This document shows positions 1 to 13,239 of a stretch of 64,000 bases of DNA, one piece after another (within the stretch, counting starts at the first letter, position 1; the number at the start of each line of letters is the position of its first letter). The notes beneath the pieces were generated by a model. That model had not been told where the DNA came from. It worked only from the letters and a program-made list of their open reading frames with translations, and searched no databases. The stretch is from Octopus sinensis (taxonomy: Eukaryota), in contig NC_043015.1 of assembly GCF_006345805.1 (NCBI RefSeq), forward strand, positions 5,084,001 to 5,148,000, in the 5' to 3' direction. The position numbers were made by a program, and so were the translations under genes.

Positions 1-463
1 TCTTAAGGAGTTGCCGTTATTATTCATACATTGACGGACTACAGGTCAAATCTTAGAAGATCATTTACAAGGTGTTAGGGGATTGTCTATCATAATGAAG
101 ATAATCATATTATCACCGAGGGGGTAGCCTTATTTATTTAATTTTGAAATAGAATTATGGGGCTATAGAAACTCATTTTATTTTATTAGAGTTATGCTAC
201 TTAAATTAGATTAAGTTACGAATTAAAATTAAAAATTACAATTAAGATTTAAAATTAAGAATTTAAAAATTATGAGTTTGAAATTAAATAAAGCCTCAAT
301 TAAGCAGCGTATAAGTACTATTCATTTCCCTGTTCTCAAAAAACTGATGCAGATATAAGGAAAAAGATAACTGTAGTGTGAGAACTCTTAGTTATCTACT
401 TAAAGCAGTGCTATACTAGTAGAAATCAAGTTATATCTATCTATCTAGTTACGAATATTCTAA

Positions 464-1545
464 TCATTTAAAATATTTTAAAGTCTTCAATTTAGCGTGG
501 ACAAAAACTTGACCTAGTTCGATATGGTTATTCAATAAGTTTCTATGTTTTCTATGCTTTAGAATTTCATACGTCTCCATGGAGCATAGTTGGCAACCAA
601 CCCTACTATTTTTATTCGGAATTGCTCTCCTAACTATTTCCCAATTAAGGTTATAATTTTTATTATTATTTTTGAGTTCCCAGATTTTGTTTGAAAGTGT
701 GGTGGTACCAGCTTTATGACGTAATTTAAAAGACGAGATGTGATTTCTAACTCTGGCTAGAAAATTAATTGTACATCCAATGTAAAGATATTTGTTATTC
801 TCCGTGGATATGGTACATTTATAGATTACATTATTTTCCCCACATAGACCAGGTGCGGGCATTTTGATTTTATTCTACACTTACACACAGGAGGAACAAC
901 TTCAGGCTTTGGATTATTCTTGGGTAGATGTCTTAGGTTCCTATTATTTTGATTATCATTTCTATAGTTGGTGCTGATATCTAAAGTATTGCTATTATTT
1001 ATTGATCCTTCAGCTTCATCATTTAGGTCTAAAGTCCTACCATGATTTCTTATATTATTGGTAATGTTACTATTATTGTTAGTCTTTTTATCCGACTTCA
1101 TATTGTTGTTATAATTATCACTGATATTTTCATTCTCCTTATTTTCTCCATTAGCCTTATATCTATTATTTCTATTATTAACATTATTACTTCTATTAAT
1201 ATCGGCATTGTTATTATTACTATTAATGTTAATGTTATTAGTCATTCTGTGGTTACTAATTTCACCTATGTTTTGATAGTTACTATTGCTGTTTTTATTG
1301 TTGGTAGTATTATTATATTGCTATTGGTATTCATGCTGATATTATTATTTTTATTTCTATCTTTCCTGGCTAGTTTAATGTTTTTATTATTAATCTTAGC
1401 TATTAAAGTGGACATATTTGGGAGGGTTGAATAAGAAATCCTAACTGTTTTCCTAGATATAATTCTATGATATCTATGAGAGATAGGGATTTTTTTTTTC
1501 CAGAATTACTTTGAATTTGTTCTGTATATCCGATTGTATCGCATA
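464..1545 (-). mobile_element. 5'-truncated Penelope-like element (RT thumb, Asn-rich linker, GIY-YIG endonuclease), frameshifted
   Basis: ORF 464-862 has VIYKC...YIGCT...R..NH (GIY-YIG). ORF 826-1245 ends in CKCRIKSKCP. Manual translation of about 1390-1545 gives SDIQNKFKVILEK..PISHRYHRIISRKTVRISYSTLPNM, matching the thumb region of the PLE at 51.3-52.8 kb. Confidence 0.85.
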
Positions 1546-1733
1546 TGTGCACTATGGATTAGGTCACCTTCTCTGTGATGCTATTAAAACTTTTTTAAAA
1601 TTCTGTGATAAGACTGTACATCATCTTTAAAGAACTTTAATGAACTTTGGAAATCTGTTTATGTTACTTAATTATCTACATTACTTCATGAGTATAGCCT
1701 CAACCACTAGGATGTCTAGAGAACTCACATGTA

Positions 1734-1823
1734 TTTTAGCTGATGAGTACGGGACACGTTATATGCTGTAATTTTTACAACTTTTAATAAAGTCTGTCCT
1801 TGTATGAAACGATTGTACTAAAA
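1734..1823 (+). ncRNA. Type I hammerhead ribozyme motif, canonical core
   Basis: Stem I TTTTAG/CTAAAA; core CTGATGA 1740-1746; stem II GTACGGGACA...TGTCCTTGTAT; GAAAC-GATT-GTA 1806-1817. Confidence 0.8.
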
Positions 1824-2288
1824 ACCTATCCATTCTTGTTGCTTCTTTCTCGCGTATATATATATATATATATACATATATTATAAATATACATATATAT
1901 ATATAATATATATATATATATTATATATATATATATATACACATATATATACATATATATATACACACACATTTCTTTAGAGGCATTTATCTCTCTCCTT
2001 CTCTTCTTTCTCTCGCTCCCTCTCTCTCCCACACTTCATATATATATATATAATATATATATATATATATAATATATATATATATACATGTATGTATATC
2101 TATTATATAAAATCCGTCGTGTCTATCTGTGTGTCTTCTATGATCTCGGGCATCCTCCCTCCGATTGCGCTGGAGCGTGTATAAGTCTTGAAAAAATTTA
2201 CAAAAGTCGATTGCAGGTGAGAATGCGATCGATAAAGCCGTGGGAAAGTGTGTTTGTAAATCGTTTTACGTGGAATAGAAAAAAGTGT

Positions 2289-2369
<81 letters not shown>

Positions 2370-3210
2370 TATGCATCAGTGAGTGTATGAATATGTGTGC
2401 GTGCGTATGTTTATTTAGGTTTTTTTATCAATGAAATCCATAAAATATGATATCTTTTACTTGGAAAAATATGAGGGCTTTCATCCGAAATGGCAAAAAG
2501 AAAATAGGCTAATATTGAAAACATTGAAAATCGAACCATGGAATTTATGGAGCTATTTATAAATATATTATTGTTCATATAATATTTATATATGTTATGG
2601 AAACGGTGATATTTTGAAAACGTGTTTAATATTTAATTTCATATATGTATTTATATTCTGAAAACGAGAGCGTTAAATATTTAATTTCATATATACATGT
2701 ATATGTGTGTGAAACTAATAAAATTAATGCAATTTAGAACTTTAAAAATGCGCTTTTATTTTCATTAAAATATCACCGCTTTTAGAGCGAAACCTTTGAA
2801 TGCTGGTCACATGACTGTTAGCCACTCCTACTCCGTTTGTTTTCTTTTTCCTATTTTTCCCCCTAGTGACCGACGTGTCATACATTGCGTTTTATTTTAT
2901 ATATAATTATGTACATCTCACTCTGTCTTGGGCCCTGTCTTTTATTTTCATACTCTTCACGTAACTTCGGCAGAGTTGTAGTGATTCTTCTGGTAGAATA
3001 TGCTCTGTGTGTTTGTGTCGGTGTGCGTGAAGGTGGTTGTATAGATGCGTGTATTTAGTGTGCGCAAATGTGTGTGTAGGTGTGTGTCTGCTCATATTTG
3101 AGTGTTTTACCGAAAATTATTCAAAGGAAAGATTAACTATTACTTAATTACTGTGGTTGAAATTAGCTACCAATTCTTAGGCGCATGACTATATTAATAT
3201 AATCAACATT

Positions 3211-3616
3211 CACAGGTAGTGACGGGCTGTGTGGTAAGTAGCTTGTTTACCAACCACATGGTTCCGGGTTCAGTCTCACTGCGTGGCACCTTGGCCAAGT
3301 GTCTTCTACTATAGCCTCGGACCGACCAAAGCCTTGTGAGTGAGTGGATTAGGTAGATGGAAACTGGAAGAAGCCCGTCGTTTATATGTATATATATATG
3401 TATATGCGTGTGTGTGTGTTTGCGTGTCTGTGTTTGTCCCCCTAGCATTGCTTGACAACCGATGCTGGTGTGTTTATGTCCCTGTCACTTAGCGGTTCAG
3501 CAAAAGAGACCCATAGAATACAAAAGAATAAGTCCCAGGGTCGAGTTTCTCGATTAAATGTGCTGCTCCAGCATGGCCACAGTCAAATGACTGAAATAAG
3601 TAAGCGAGTAAAAGAG
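3211..3616 (+). mobile_element. tRNA-derived SINE, family A
   Basis: A-box-like GGCTGTGTGG, B-box-like GGTTCAGTC, internal (TA)/(TG) tract; homologous to copies at 14.8, 27.5, 49.0 and 62.3 kb. Confidence 0.85.
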
Positions 3617-3994
3617 ATTCTCCCTGCATAAAATCCGCACTGAAAGAGATGCTGGAAGGAAGTACACTGACGCGATTCTCAAACGAAGTATGAATGTTTA
3701 ATGCGTATTGAGGCGCCTAACTCAATGAGTTTGCTGCGGAATCGGGCAGCATTAGAGATTGTAGTAGAACAATTTGGATTTCAGAACCGATTAACCTGGC
3801 AATTAACACCTGATTTGAAGAGGATTATGTTGGTATTTCCACCGATGTTCTGGAAGGATCAGAAGTCAAAGAAGCCGCATTACTTCAGCAATATGAGGTA
3901 TAAATTTGCAGATTAGAAGGTTTATTACATGGAAGTACATAATCGCACTTCTCTAAAGCTTAGTATTGATATTTAAAGTGTCACAGGCTGCCAA

Positions 3995-4187
3995 GAGGAG
4001 GATCGTTAGAAACGCCGGGCAAAACGATTAGCGACATTTCGTCCGGCTGTTCAAATTCCAACCTGATCGAATTTGCCTTTCATCATTTCATTGTTCTTAA
4101 ATAAGTACAAGTTGAGACGTGGGATTAATATAACCTACTTAACCCTCCACAAAAATTGGTAGCCTTGTGCCAAAATGCAAAATCATT
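3995..4187 (+). mobile_element. SINE family B, diverged copy
   Basis: ATCGTTAG..CGCCGGGC, GTTCAAATTCC, TTTGCCTTTCATC and AATAAGTAC are shared with the copy at 40325-40553. Confidence 0.6.
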
Positions 4188-4439
4188 AAAGAGCCAGAAT
4201 CTTGTTCAGTGAGGATTTTGTAGTTCAAATGGATGTCTTGAACAATGATATTTCTGCAATGTGCCCGTATCATGAGCATCGAAGGCACTCGAAAAAGATA
4301 GAGAAGCATTTGATATAAAAGGTTCAAAGACGATTAAGAAACGAATTAATTTGTGACAGCAAAGTTATATGACATTAAATCAGGAAGTTATAAATTCTGT
4401 ACTATTTCACCGTACGATTAAATTTACCAACAAGGACAA

Positions 4440-4524
4440 CATCCTGATGAAGAGAACATTGCACATATAGAGTATTTAATTTTTAACCATGACCTGTACT
4501 GTACCACGGAAACGGCCGTAGATG
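4440..4524 (+). ncRNA. Type I hammerhead motif with decayed stem II
   Basis: Stem I CATC/GATG; CTGATGA 4444-4450; GAAAC-GGCC-GTA 4509-4520 with palindromic stem III (ACGGCCGT); stem II pairs poorly. Confidence 0.6.
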
Positions 4525-4747
4525 GAACATCCACCAATTCATGGAACCTATTTTATTTTTTCTTAACCTATATATCTAGCGTTATTTCTATCTTGTAATC
4601 TATAAAAGAGTTCTAGACGATTTAGGTGGTTTACCATTTCAAAGGTTGACGTTTTTATTCCTGTATTCCACGGGCATATGGCGAAGTAGTTACGAGCGGG
4701 GGCTACTAACATCAAAATTCCGAGTTCGATTCCAGGCAGTGACATGA

Positions 4748-4818
4748 ATAATAATAATAATAATAATAATTATAATAACAATAATAATAGTAATAATAAT
4801 AATATTAACAATAATAAC

Positions 4819-4867
<49 letters not shown>

Positions 4868-4915
4868 GTAATAATAATAATAATAATAATAATAATGATA
4901 ATAATGATAATGATG

Positions 4916-4969
<54 letters not shown>

Positions 4970-4988
4970 TAATAATAATAATAATAAT
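4748..4988. repeat. (AAT)n microsatellite
   Basis: Directly visible. Confidence 0.97.
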
Positions 4989-4990
4989 AA

Positions 4991-5460
4991 AACAACCATA
5001 CTCTGGGATATGCCGATACACACAGATAGAGAAATTAAGGCCAACAGACCAGATATAGTTGTCAGAGATCATGAAGAAAAAAATGCTTTCTAATTGATGT
5101 ATCAATACCGGCAGATGACAACGTACTCTAAAAGAAATGGAGAAACTTTCAAAATACAAGGACCTGGAAATAGAGGTAACCATAATGTGGAATCTAAAAA
5201 CAGAAACAATTCCTATCATAGTAGGTGCATTAGGCATGATAAAAAAAATATTCAGACAAATACATAACAAAAACACCAGGACTTACAAACACATATAACA
5301 TACAGAAAATTGCACTACTAGGCACTGCACACATCCTACGCAGAACACTTTCCATACAATAACCATCAGAGCATCACAACAAATCACAGCACATACCTAA
5401 GGCACACAGAGCTGCGCTCGGTAGTGAAGTGAAAGCACGTTATAAAAATAAAACTACTGA
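4991..5460 (+). mobile_element. 3' end of Dong/R4-type LINE (restriction-like endonuclease plus 3' UTR)
   Basis: Manual translation with frameshifts: TILWDMPIHTDREIKANRPDIVV...FLIDVSIP...EKLSKYKDLEIE...PIIVGALG...IQKIALLGTAHILRRTL, stop at 5360-5362; (AAT)n on both sides. Confidence 0.9.
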
Positions 5461-5592
<132 letters not shown>

Positions 5593-5643
5593 ACATCGAA
5601 AAATACTTTAGGAATGAGGAACCTAGGTTCGAAATTTCTTCAA

Positions 5644-5689
5644 GACACCTGATGAAGACTGAATGGTATATCAGCCGAAACGTGGTTTT
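5644..5689 (+). ncRNA. Minimal type I hammerhead motif, probably inactivated
   Basis: GACAC-CTGATGA-A-GACTGA/TCAGCC-GAAAC-GTG-GTTTT. The cleavage triplet is GUG (not NUH) and the stems carry mismatches. Confidence 0.6.
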
Positions 5690-7037
5690 AACAGTAAACA
5701 AGATGAGGACAAATATCTATCAAATGTAAATAATGAACCCGTCATTCGTTTTCAATCTCTTATATCACGTATATCTCCTTACATGTAAATGTTATTTATC
5801 TGATGTTATATATATATATATATATATTGATATATATTGATACTTCTTCTATATTTTGTATGTATGTTTGGTTTTCTTCTTTATACGCTTGGAGAATTTT
5901 CACGCCTGTATATGCATGATTTATGTTGATGTGTATAAATATATATGATTCAACTCGTTTGAGTAAATGTTTTCGTTTCTGCGTTCGGGAATCTATTTGG
6001 ATGCCTAGATATAGTTTTCCAATTTTCTCTACTATACATACAGATAGAGAAAGGGGGAGAGATTTAATTAGAGATACATACAATTTAGGAAGAAACAAGA
6101 GAAATAGATGAAGTGATAGTGAATATCACATGATAAATTAGCAAAAAAGTTAGTGGTTTTCACGAATAAGTCATTAGGTATTCTGTGTATATCTTACTCT
6201 AAAATTTGTTTTAATTGGTATTCCGTATGCCCAAATTAGAATCAGTGATAAATACATATAGTGCTGGTGATATAATGAATGAGATCATAAGGGTGATATT
6301 AAATGAGATAATTCTGAATATAAATATTGAGATCAGAGATCAGAATCACGTTATGAAAGTTAAAAATGGTGAGAAACAGATATTCGCTTATCCAAATTGA
6401 AATAAATTAAATCAATAAGAAAATATATGAAAATAAATTTTGACAAAAATGTTTTTAAAAATGAAATTTGAAAATTTTAACATCACTAGTTCATGTGATC
6501 TCGAATCTATTGCAGTTTGCTTGCTAATTATTTAGATTCTTTCTCTAGAAAGTTTAAAATCTGTTTCTGTAGAAAGTCAAGGAAATATTAAAATACGTTT
6601 TCATAAGAATTGTTGCCCTGTCAGTCACAACTGACGGACCCACAGTCAAATGTGTCAATATATAAATATGTATATACATTTGAATATATGTGCTCTTGAT
6701 TGTGTATACATGCTGAAACACATACGCAGGCGTACACACATACATATACGTATATATATATATATATATATATGTATACGTATATATATATACGTATATA
6801 TATATGTATATATATATGTATACGTATATATATATACGTATAGAACATGCTTTCTGTGTTATGTCCCAAGAAGATTTTATATATTTTTATATATTTTTAT
6901 ATATTTTTATGTATTTTTATATAATTTTTATGACGAAAAATGCGAGCGATGTATAAGTACGCAGGCAAAGCAGAGTTATAACAGAGTAATTTCCCTTCAT
7001 TTTTAACGGTATTTTTTCATAACGTTTTCAAATAGCC

Positions 7038-7100
7038 AGATAACCGAAGAGATGGTGTTGTGGATTTCCACTTCGGCATCTGAAACTCAGAGTTTTATCT
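7038..7100 (+). ncRNA. Type I hammerhead motif, U4C core variant
   Basis: Stem I AGATAA/TTATCT; core CCGAAGA; stem II GATG/CATC; T-GAAAC-TCAGA-GTT; about 30 nt before a (TA)n tract. Confidence 0.65.
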
Positions 7101-7129
7101 TGACTACCGAGTAATGTAACATATTGTAT

Positions 7130-7187
<58 letters not shown>

Positions 7188-7321
7188 TCATAAATAAGGG
7201 CATATTTGGCATTAGAAATTGTTTTGTTTGCCCTTATTTATGAATTGTTTATAATTTTAACCTTTAATATGCTGACTTTTGGGGAAAAGAATTTTTTCAA
7301 AAACATTTTATCCTACATTAG

Positions 7322-7394
<73 letters not shown>

Positions 7395-7476
7395 AATCCA
7401 AACGGGAAACAAAAAACAACAACAGAACAATTACAGTATTATTATTAATAGGCGCTCAGGAAATGGAAGCAGGGAG

Positions 7477-7511
7477 GTATGACGTTTCGAGCGGAGCTCT
7501 TCGTCGGAAAC
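7477..7511 (-). ncRNA. Minimal hammerhead motif, U4C core variant
   Basis: Minus strand reads GTTT-CCGACGA-A-GAGC-TCC-GCTC-GAAAC-GTC-ATAC; flank related to the 40.2 kb motif. Confidence 0.65.
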
Positions 7512-7693
7512 ATAAAGAAGGAAGAGAGAGGAAAGAAAGATCCCAGAGCGGGCAACAGGGAAAGAGAAAAAAGACGACTGGTGTTTACGAGTTGCACATG
7601 GTGAAAGGCGGATGTTTACGAAAACAGAGCAAAGTGGGTTTTTAAAGGCAAAAGAGTGGAGACAAGGTTGGTAACGCAACAGATGTGTGTGTA

Positions 7694-7828
<135 letters not shown>

Positions 7829-8902
7829 TTCACATACATACTACCTCATAAAACATTCAATCTTACACACAGACTCACATCAAAACAAATATATCCAAAT
7901 ATACTTACATATGTATATATATTTATAAAATGAAGTTTTCTGCCTATTTATGTGATTAGAAATTTCCATATTGCTTCAACTGACATTTCTAAAGTTTGCA
8001 TAAAATATATGAATTGAATCTCTGCTGAAAACTGTTCAAATTCATAACATTTTTTTTTTGACAAAATAGCAATATTAATGCATCAGGGATAGTAATTTTT
8101 CCCTAACACTATGAAAACACAAATCAATTAACAGTCCCTGACACACATGAATTAAATATATTCTGGTGACTCGTTTTACCTTCTATAATACCACACACAT
8201 TATTAGAGCCAATCAACTACATATACAACATTCAACTACCATTTCAAAAGCATAGGCAGGAAAACTAAAAGGGATCATTTTAGTTTGGTTGCCAATTCTC
8301 AATCACTTCAGTTCCTGCTCGGTGTAATGATATGGTTTTATATGCTAATCACTGCTTTGAAATGCCTTTTCGCAATAAATCGATAAAGAGTTGTCAGCTT
8401 TTAAAATTTCCATATTCTGGGTAATTTTAGCCAATCGTAACCCACAGACATTTTCATGCCTCTTTCGATAGTAATAAGCCAAGCATGAGAACTCTTTTTT
8501 CTGCGATATGGTACTTGTTGACAAATATATTCTTGTTAATGAGGTGGTAATCAGATGTGCCCTTAAACCACGCACTATTTGTAGAATACGAATTCGCAAA
8601 AATTGTCTAAAAATCCATTAGTTTTTAGTTGACAACACGTGCTGTCACGCACAAAAATCCCTGCTTCCAAATCCTGTTTTCTGACTTGGTGAAAATTATC
8701 AAAATTTAAATCGCCATAATCTTTTAAAGATTTGTTTTTCTGGAAAAAGTGAAATGTCTCCAGCATTCCAGCTCAGAAAACTACATTAAATATCCGAATT
8801 TTAAAATTTTCAAAAAATTTTGATTTTTTTGAAACTTGGCAACCAATCTGAAAAGATGCTCTAAACGCAGTCCATTCAAATGCACACACACACTCACACA
8901 CA

Positions 8903-8975
<73 letters not shown>

Positions 8976-9424
8976 AACACAGAATGAAGTTAAACGACTT
9001 AATCCTTAATTATATTCTTTCCATACAAATCCGTACCCAGATCAAAATACTTAATAATTGTATTAATCACACTGAAAATAGTCCGAGGTATCTCTACTGA
9101 TTACAGAAGCATCGAATATGAATTTTCAGCATTTACAACATTCATTCACTAGAAAATTCTAGTAAAAAATAAATATTCTAACATTATTTTGTGGCATAGA
9201 AAATCATAAAATTATTCTCTACGAATACTTTTGTCACTCCTGAATATTTATGAATTCATATAAATTCCTTAGTACTATAATTTATTAGTTACTTTTGCAT
9301 ATTCTTATTTGATGCATGTGTATGCAAACATGGTATTGGGATATCCCATTTACGTTCATTAGAAATTAAATAAATAAAGAACTTTGACATGTACGAATAT
9401 TTATTCAACCCCACTGTATATATA

Positions 9425-9461
<37 letters not shown>

Positions 9462-11689
9462 ACGCACACACACACATTTACATGAGTTCATGAGTTTGTT
9501 TATAGGTGCGTAGTCCGGATATGCGTAGATGTATATGTTTTTTGTCCATTAATGCAGGTCTAGCGTCGTCTAATACTACGGAAAACTTCAACAATCAAAA
9601 TATATAGAACTGTAAAACAAACAAATATCTTAATAATATGTTGGTCTCTATTTTGTAAAGGTGATTCTCTTCCACGAACATATTCACATGCTTCAAGCAG
9701 TTTGAATGAACGAATGAGATTTTTTTTCTTTTATTATATAAATTAATAGTTAAACTATAAAGATAGGGTATAGTTTCAATGTGTCCGTTGAAGAGTGCAT
9801 CTGCAATCTTTTATAACCGTATTATTACGTTGGATTTAAATGCGAATTTTATACGATTTTCGATGCGGTATAAGTTTGCATGTTTGTGTGTGTGCATAAA
9901 ATCATGCATCCACACCGATGGAAATCTCTTTATATTAGATCCGCTCAATCAATGACAAAAAAAATCGATACGAATAACAACAGGTGTCATATATTTAAAG
10001 GATATTGGAATATTGTACCTTAGTGGCATTTCCTCAGCGATGCTAACTAAAAATATATGAAAATTGCAAGTTTTTGTTTTATAATCTAACATTCTACAAC
10101 TTATAAAATATTTTGATAGGAAATATCTAAAAATAAGATTTAGATGGAGCTCTTATCAGAGAAAAGGGGAGTAATTGCATATAATAAAACAACTACAGTG
10201 GGTTAGTAAATATCTTATGCGTTCAGAATGTATTTCATTTATCTATGCATTTGTAACTAGTATACAACGGAAACTAACATTTCATAGGAAAAATAATTTC
10301 TTAAACATTTAAATGACAATCCATCACTATTAACTCGAGGAACAAGTGTTGTTGTTGTTGTTGTTGTCGTCGTACGTTTAGTTTGTGAGATTATCCTTGC
10401 TTTTTAGTCAATCAAGTTCTTTTACGGAGATTTGTGTGACCTCAAATGTGGAGAGAAGGAGGAAAGGAAAGCTTTCGAAAATGAGCAAAGGGAAAAAGAT
10501 GCGAAATATATGGAGGCAAGGAAAGAGCAAAAAAATTTGTAGACATAGTGGCGAAGCATTGCGCGTAGAAAAAAAAAGTTGGCAATACTCATGAATGTGA
10601 ACATCATTAGCTATTCTGAAATCTTCGTCGCTTTTGATTTGTTTCAAAAGGGCGTTCCGTACACTGTTTTAGAAAGAGAGCTAAATACATAGATTTCTAT
10701 TCGAGTAATGAGAGAGATAATTAGGGAAAATAATGAAGGAGATGTTTAGACACTAGAAATATTGAGTACAAGCTTGAAAACTGAAACAGGATGGAATAAT
10801 TAACTAATAGTGCACCTAACCAACTAGGAAAAACTAAAAGAAATAATAAAACGTACAAAAAATATATGCAACCAAAAAAAAAACACATTGAGTTCAAGAT
10901 TCTCTGTTTCAAATTAATTGGTAACTGTTGCAGTTAACGACTTTGCTATTATTTTAATTATGTAAGCTAATAATGCTTAACAGTGTCTTCAGAAGGCAAA
11001 TGAATAACACTCGTACACAAGAGTCAAAGCTTACAGACAGCGGGAGACGAAGTTATGTGTACGCAAATACGCACACAAACGCACGTACACATACACACAA
11101 ACATACACGACATATATACACACTCTTTTGTTGCCGAGATACATGCACACAGGTGTTTTTAAAATGAAAACATTTCATTTTTTCACAAAATCTGATTATG
11201 CTCTTTTTACCGCTTGTACATCTATATTTATACATATATGTTTTACTGACATACACAACGCATATACATCTACATTTTACTGACATACACAACACGACCA
11301 CCTGTTTCCACTTTTGTTTATTTACTATGAATAAGTTAGTAGATGAAAACTCAGTACGTTCCTAAACACTGCAATGTTTCTAGGTATCAGTTAACTGCAA
11401 TTAAACGATACCTAGAAACGATAGCTAATATCTGTAGTACTGTTTATATTTCTCTATGTGTACGAGGTATATGTATATAGATATTTGATTATGTGTGTTA
11501 TTGTTAATATAATAATAATTATTATTATTATTGAAAGGTGGGTGAAGTTGCGAAAATGGCAAGAGTGGATGGTACCTTTCTAAGTGTAGACATGTGAGTC
11601 GGAGTGAAGGAATTGGAGAGGACACTTACTCCTTGGGTTTTAGGGAACTCTCAGATAGTGAAGCTCCTCGATTAACCCTAGAGGTGTTC

Positions 11690-11940
11690 CTGTATCGCTC
11701 CCCTTACCGCTTCGTATTCTTTTAGTGTCTCGCTGACCAGGTCAATATGCTTCTGGCTCGATACTATGACGGTGACATCGTCCACGTATGCAGACACGTT
11801 CCTCCTGCATCCCAGTTCTCGCGCGATGAACCTCGGCTACGCCAGCTTCCGCATTATTGGCTCTAGTATCAGTACATACAGAAATAACGAGAGGGGGCGT
11901 CTTGAGCGATCGAACGCGTGATGTCAAATGGTCTTGACCG
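11690..11940 (-). mobile_element. Tx1/L1-type LINE reverse transcriptase fragment
   Basis: Manual translation: SRPFDITRSIAQ.xPLSLFLYVLILEPIMRKL...VSAYVDDVTVIVSSQKHIDLVSETLKEYEAV (QGxPLS-like and YxDD motifs), with a frameshift and a stop. Confidence 0.8.
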
Positions 11941-11972
11941 ATAACTATTTATTTGACATATCCAGTTTTGTT

Positions 11973-12039
11973 TTTCGAGGACGGCAATTTCGAGGACGGC
12001 AATTTCGAGGACGGCGATTTAATAACATCCTCGAAATTG
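11973..12039. repeat. Three tandem 15-bp units plus an inverted partial copy
   Basis: TTTCGAGGACGGC(A/G)A three times (11973-12017), then TCCTCGAAATTG at 12028-12039. Confidence 0.9.
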
Positions 12040-12175
12040 TAGCAGCTGGCTGACCCCAGCCATCGTGCTTCTATTTCAGGGGACACATATTTAATTTTTA
12101 TTTTTGTAACCCGACAACCTCGGTATATCGGAGCTTCATCATGGCTACCGAATAATTGTCACATATTACATTTAC

Positions 12176-12243
<68 letters not shown>

Positions 12244-12425
12244 TATATATATATAATGGTTGTATACTGTCAATCTAACAATAACGTGACAGTAGGGGGG
12301 GGTACACCACCGCTGTATAGCCCTAGGAAGCATCGAACGCCTCCTGATGGCTTTGACACATTTTCCCTGTGTCCTTATATACATATACGAAGGGGAGACA
12401 AACACTCCCGGCTGCCGGAACTGCA

Positions 12426-12487
<62 letters not shown>

Positions 12488-13182
12488 CATATATACATAT
12501 AGACAGATAGGTAGATATGACCTTTATATGTGTGTGAGTGTATGTGTGTGTATCTGTGCGTTTATCTGTGCGTGTGTGTAATTGTGTGCTTGTGAGTATT
12601 TAGGATATTTAAGATGCATGTGATATGATGAAGGATGATCACTTGGTGAGGAAAATTTCAGAGAAAGGAAAATAGAAACAAAGAAACGGAAGGCGAAAAA
12701 GAAAAAGCGCGATGAGGAAGGAAAGAGGGATTTATAATTGAAATGATTTAAGGTTCGCAGGTGTTCATATCATAAATGAATTGAAACTGTATATAAATGA
12801 AAATACTAGAGATGGTCGTGAGAAGAAGGGGATGGAATGAGATTGCATGCAGCGTTTGAATGTTGACAGATGACAGGTTAAACAGATACATGGGGAGAAA
12901 GGGATTTGCTAACAGAAATAAATAGTTAACCAAATAAATAAAGTATATGAAATCACTGAAGGGGCGTTGAAATCAATACATAAATGGAAAACAATAAGAA
13001 AAGGGCGTTAATTGAAAAGACACATCCATTTGAGTTTTGACCTTTAACTGTTGTTAATTCACATCATAATTTCCAGAATCAGAAAATTGATCCCTATTTT
13101 AAAGATGGATTACTGGGTACTAAAATCTGTAAAAATGGTGATGAAGATGGTGCAAGGCGATGATTGCTGCTAGCAGAGTTAT

Positions 13183-13239
<57 letters not shown>

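Noticed and set aside
1042-1434. Hydrophobic membrane-protein-like ORF (also 51609-51981)
   Set aside because: Antisense or alternative-frame reading of the Asn-rich PLE linker.
2099-2866. Possible Helitron (A|TCTATTATATAAA start, CTAG|T at 2863)
   Set aside because: No convincing hairpin before the CTAG, so the 3' end is unsupported.
8281-8850. Possible hAT-like MITE (TTGGTTGCCAA / TTGGCAACCAA inverted ends)
   Set aside because: Only an 11-bp match and no 8-bp TSD.
9395-10215. Tc1-like TACAGTGGG termini at 9418 (minus) and 10194 (plus)
   Set aside because: They face away from each other and so do not enclose one element; no transposase is visible.
11973-12017. CRISPR-like array
   Set aside because: The units are contiguous with no spacers, and the context is eukaryotic with no cas genes.
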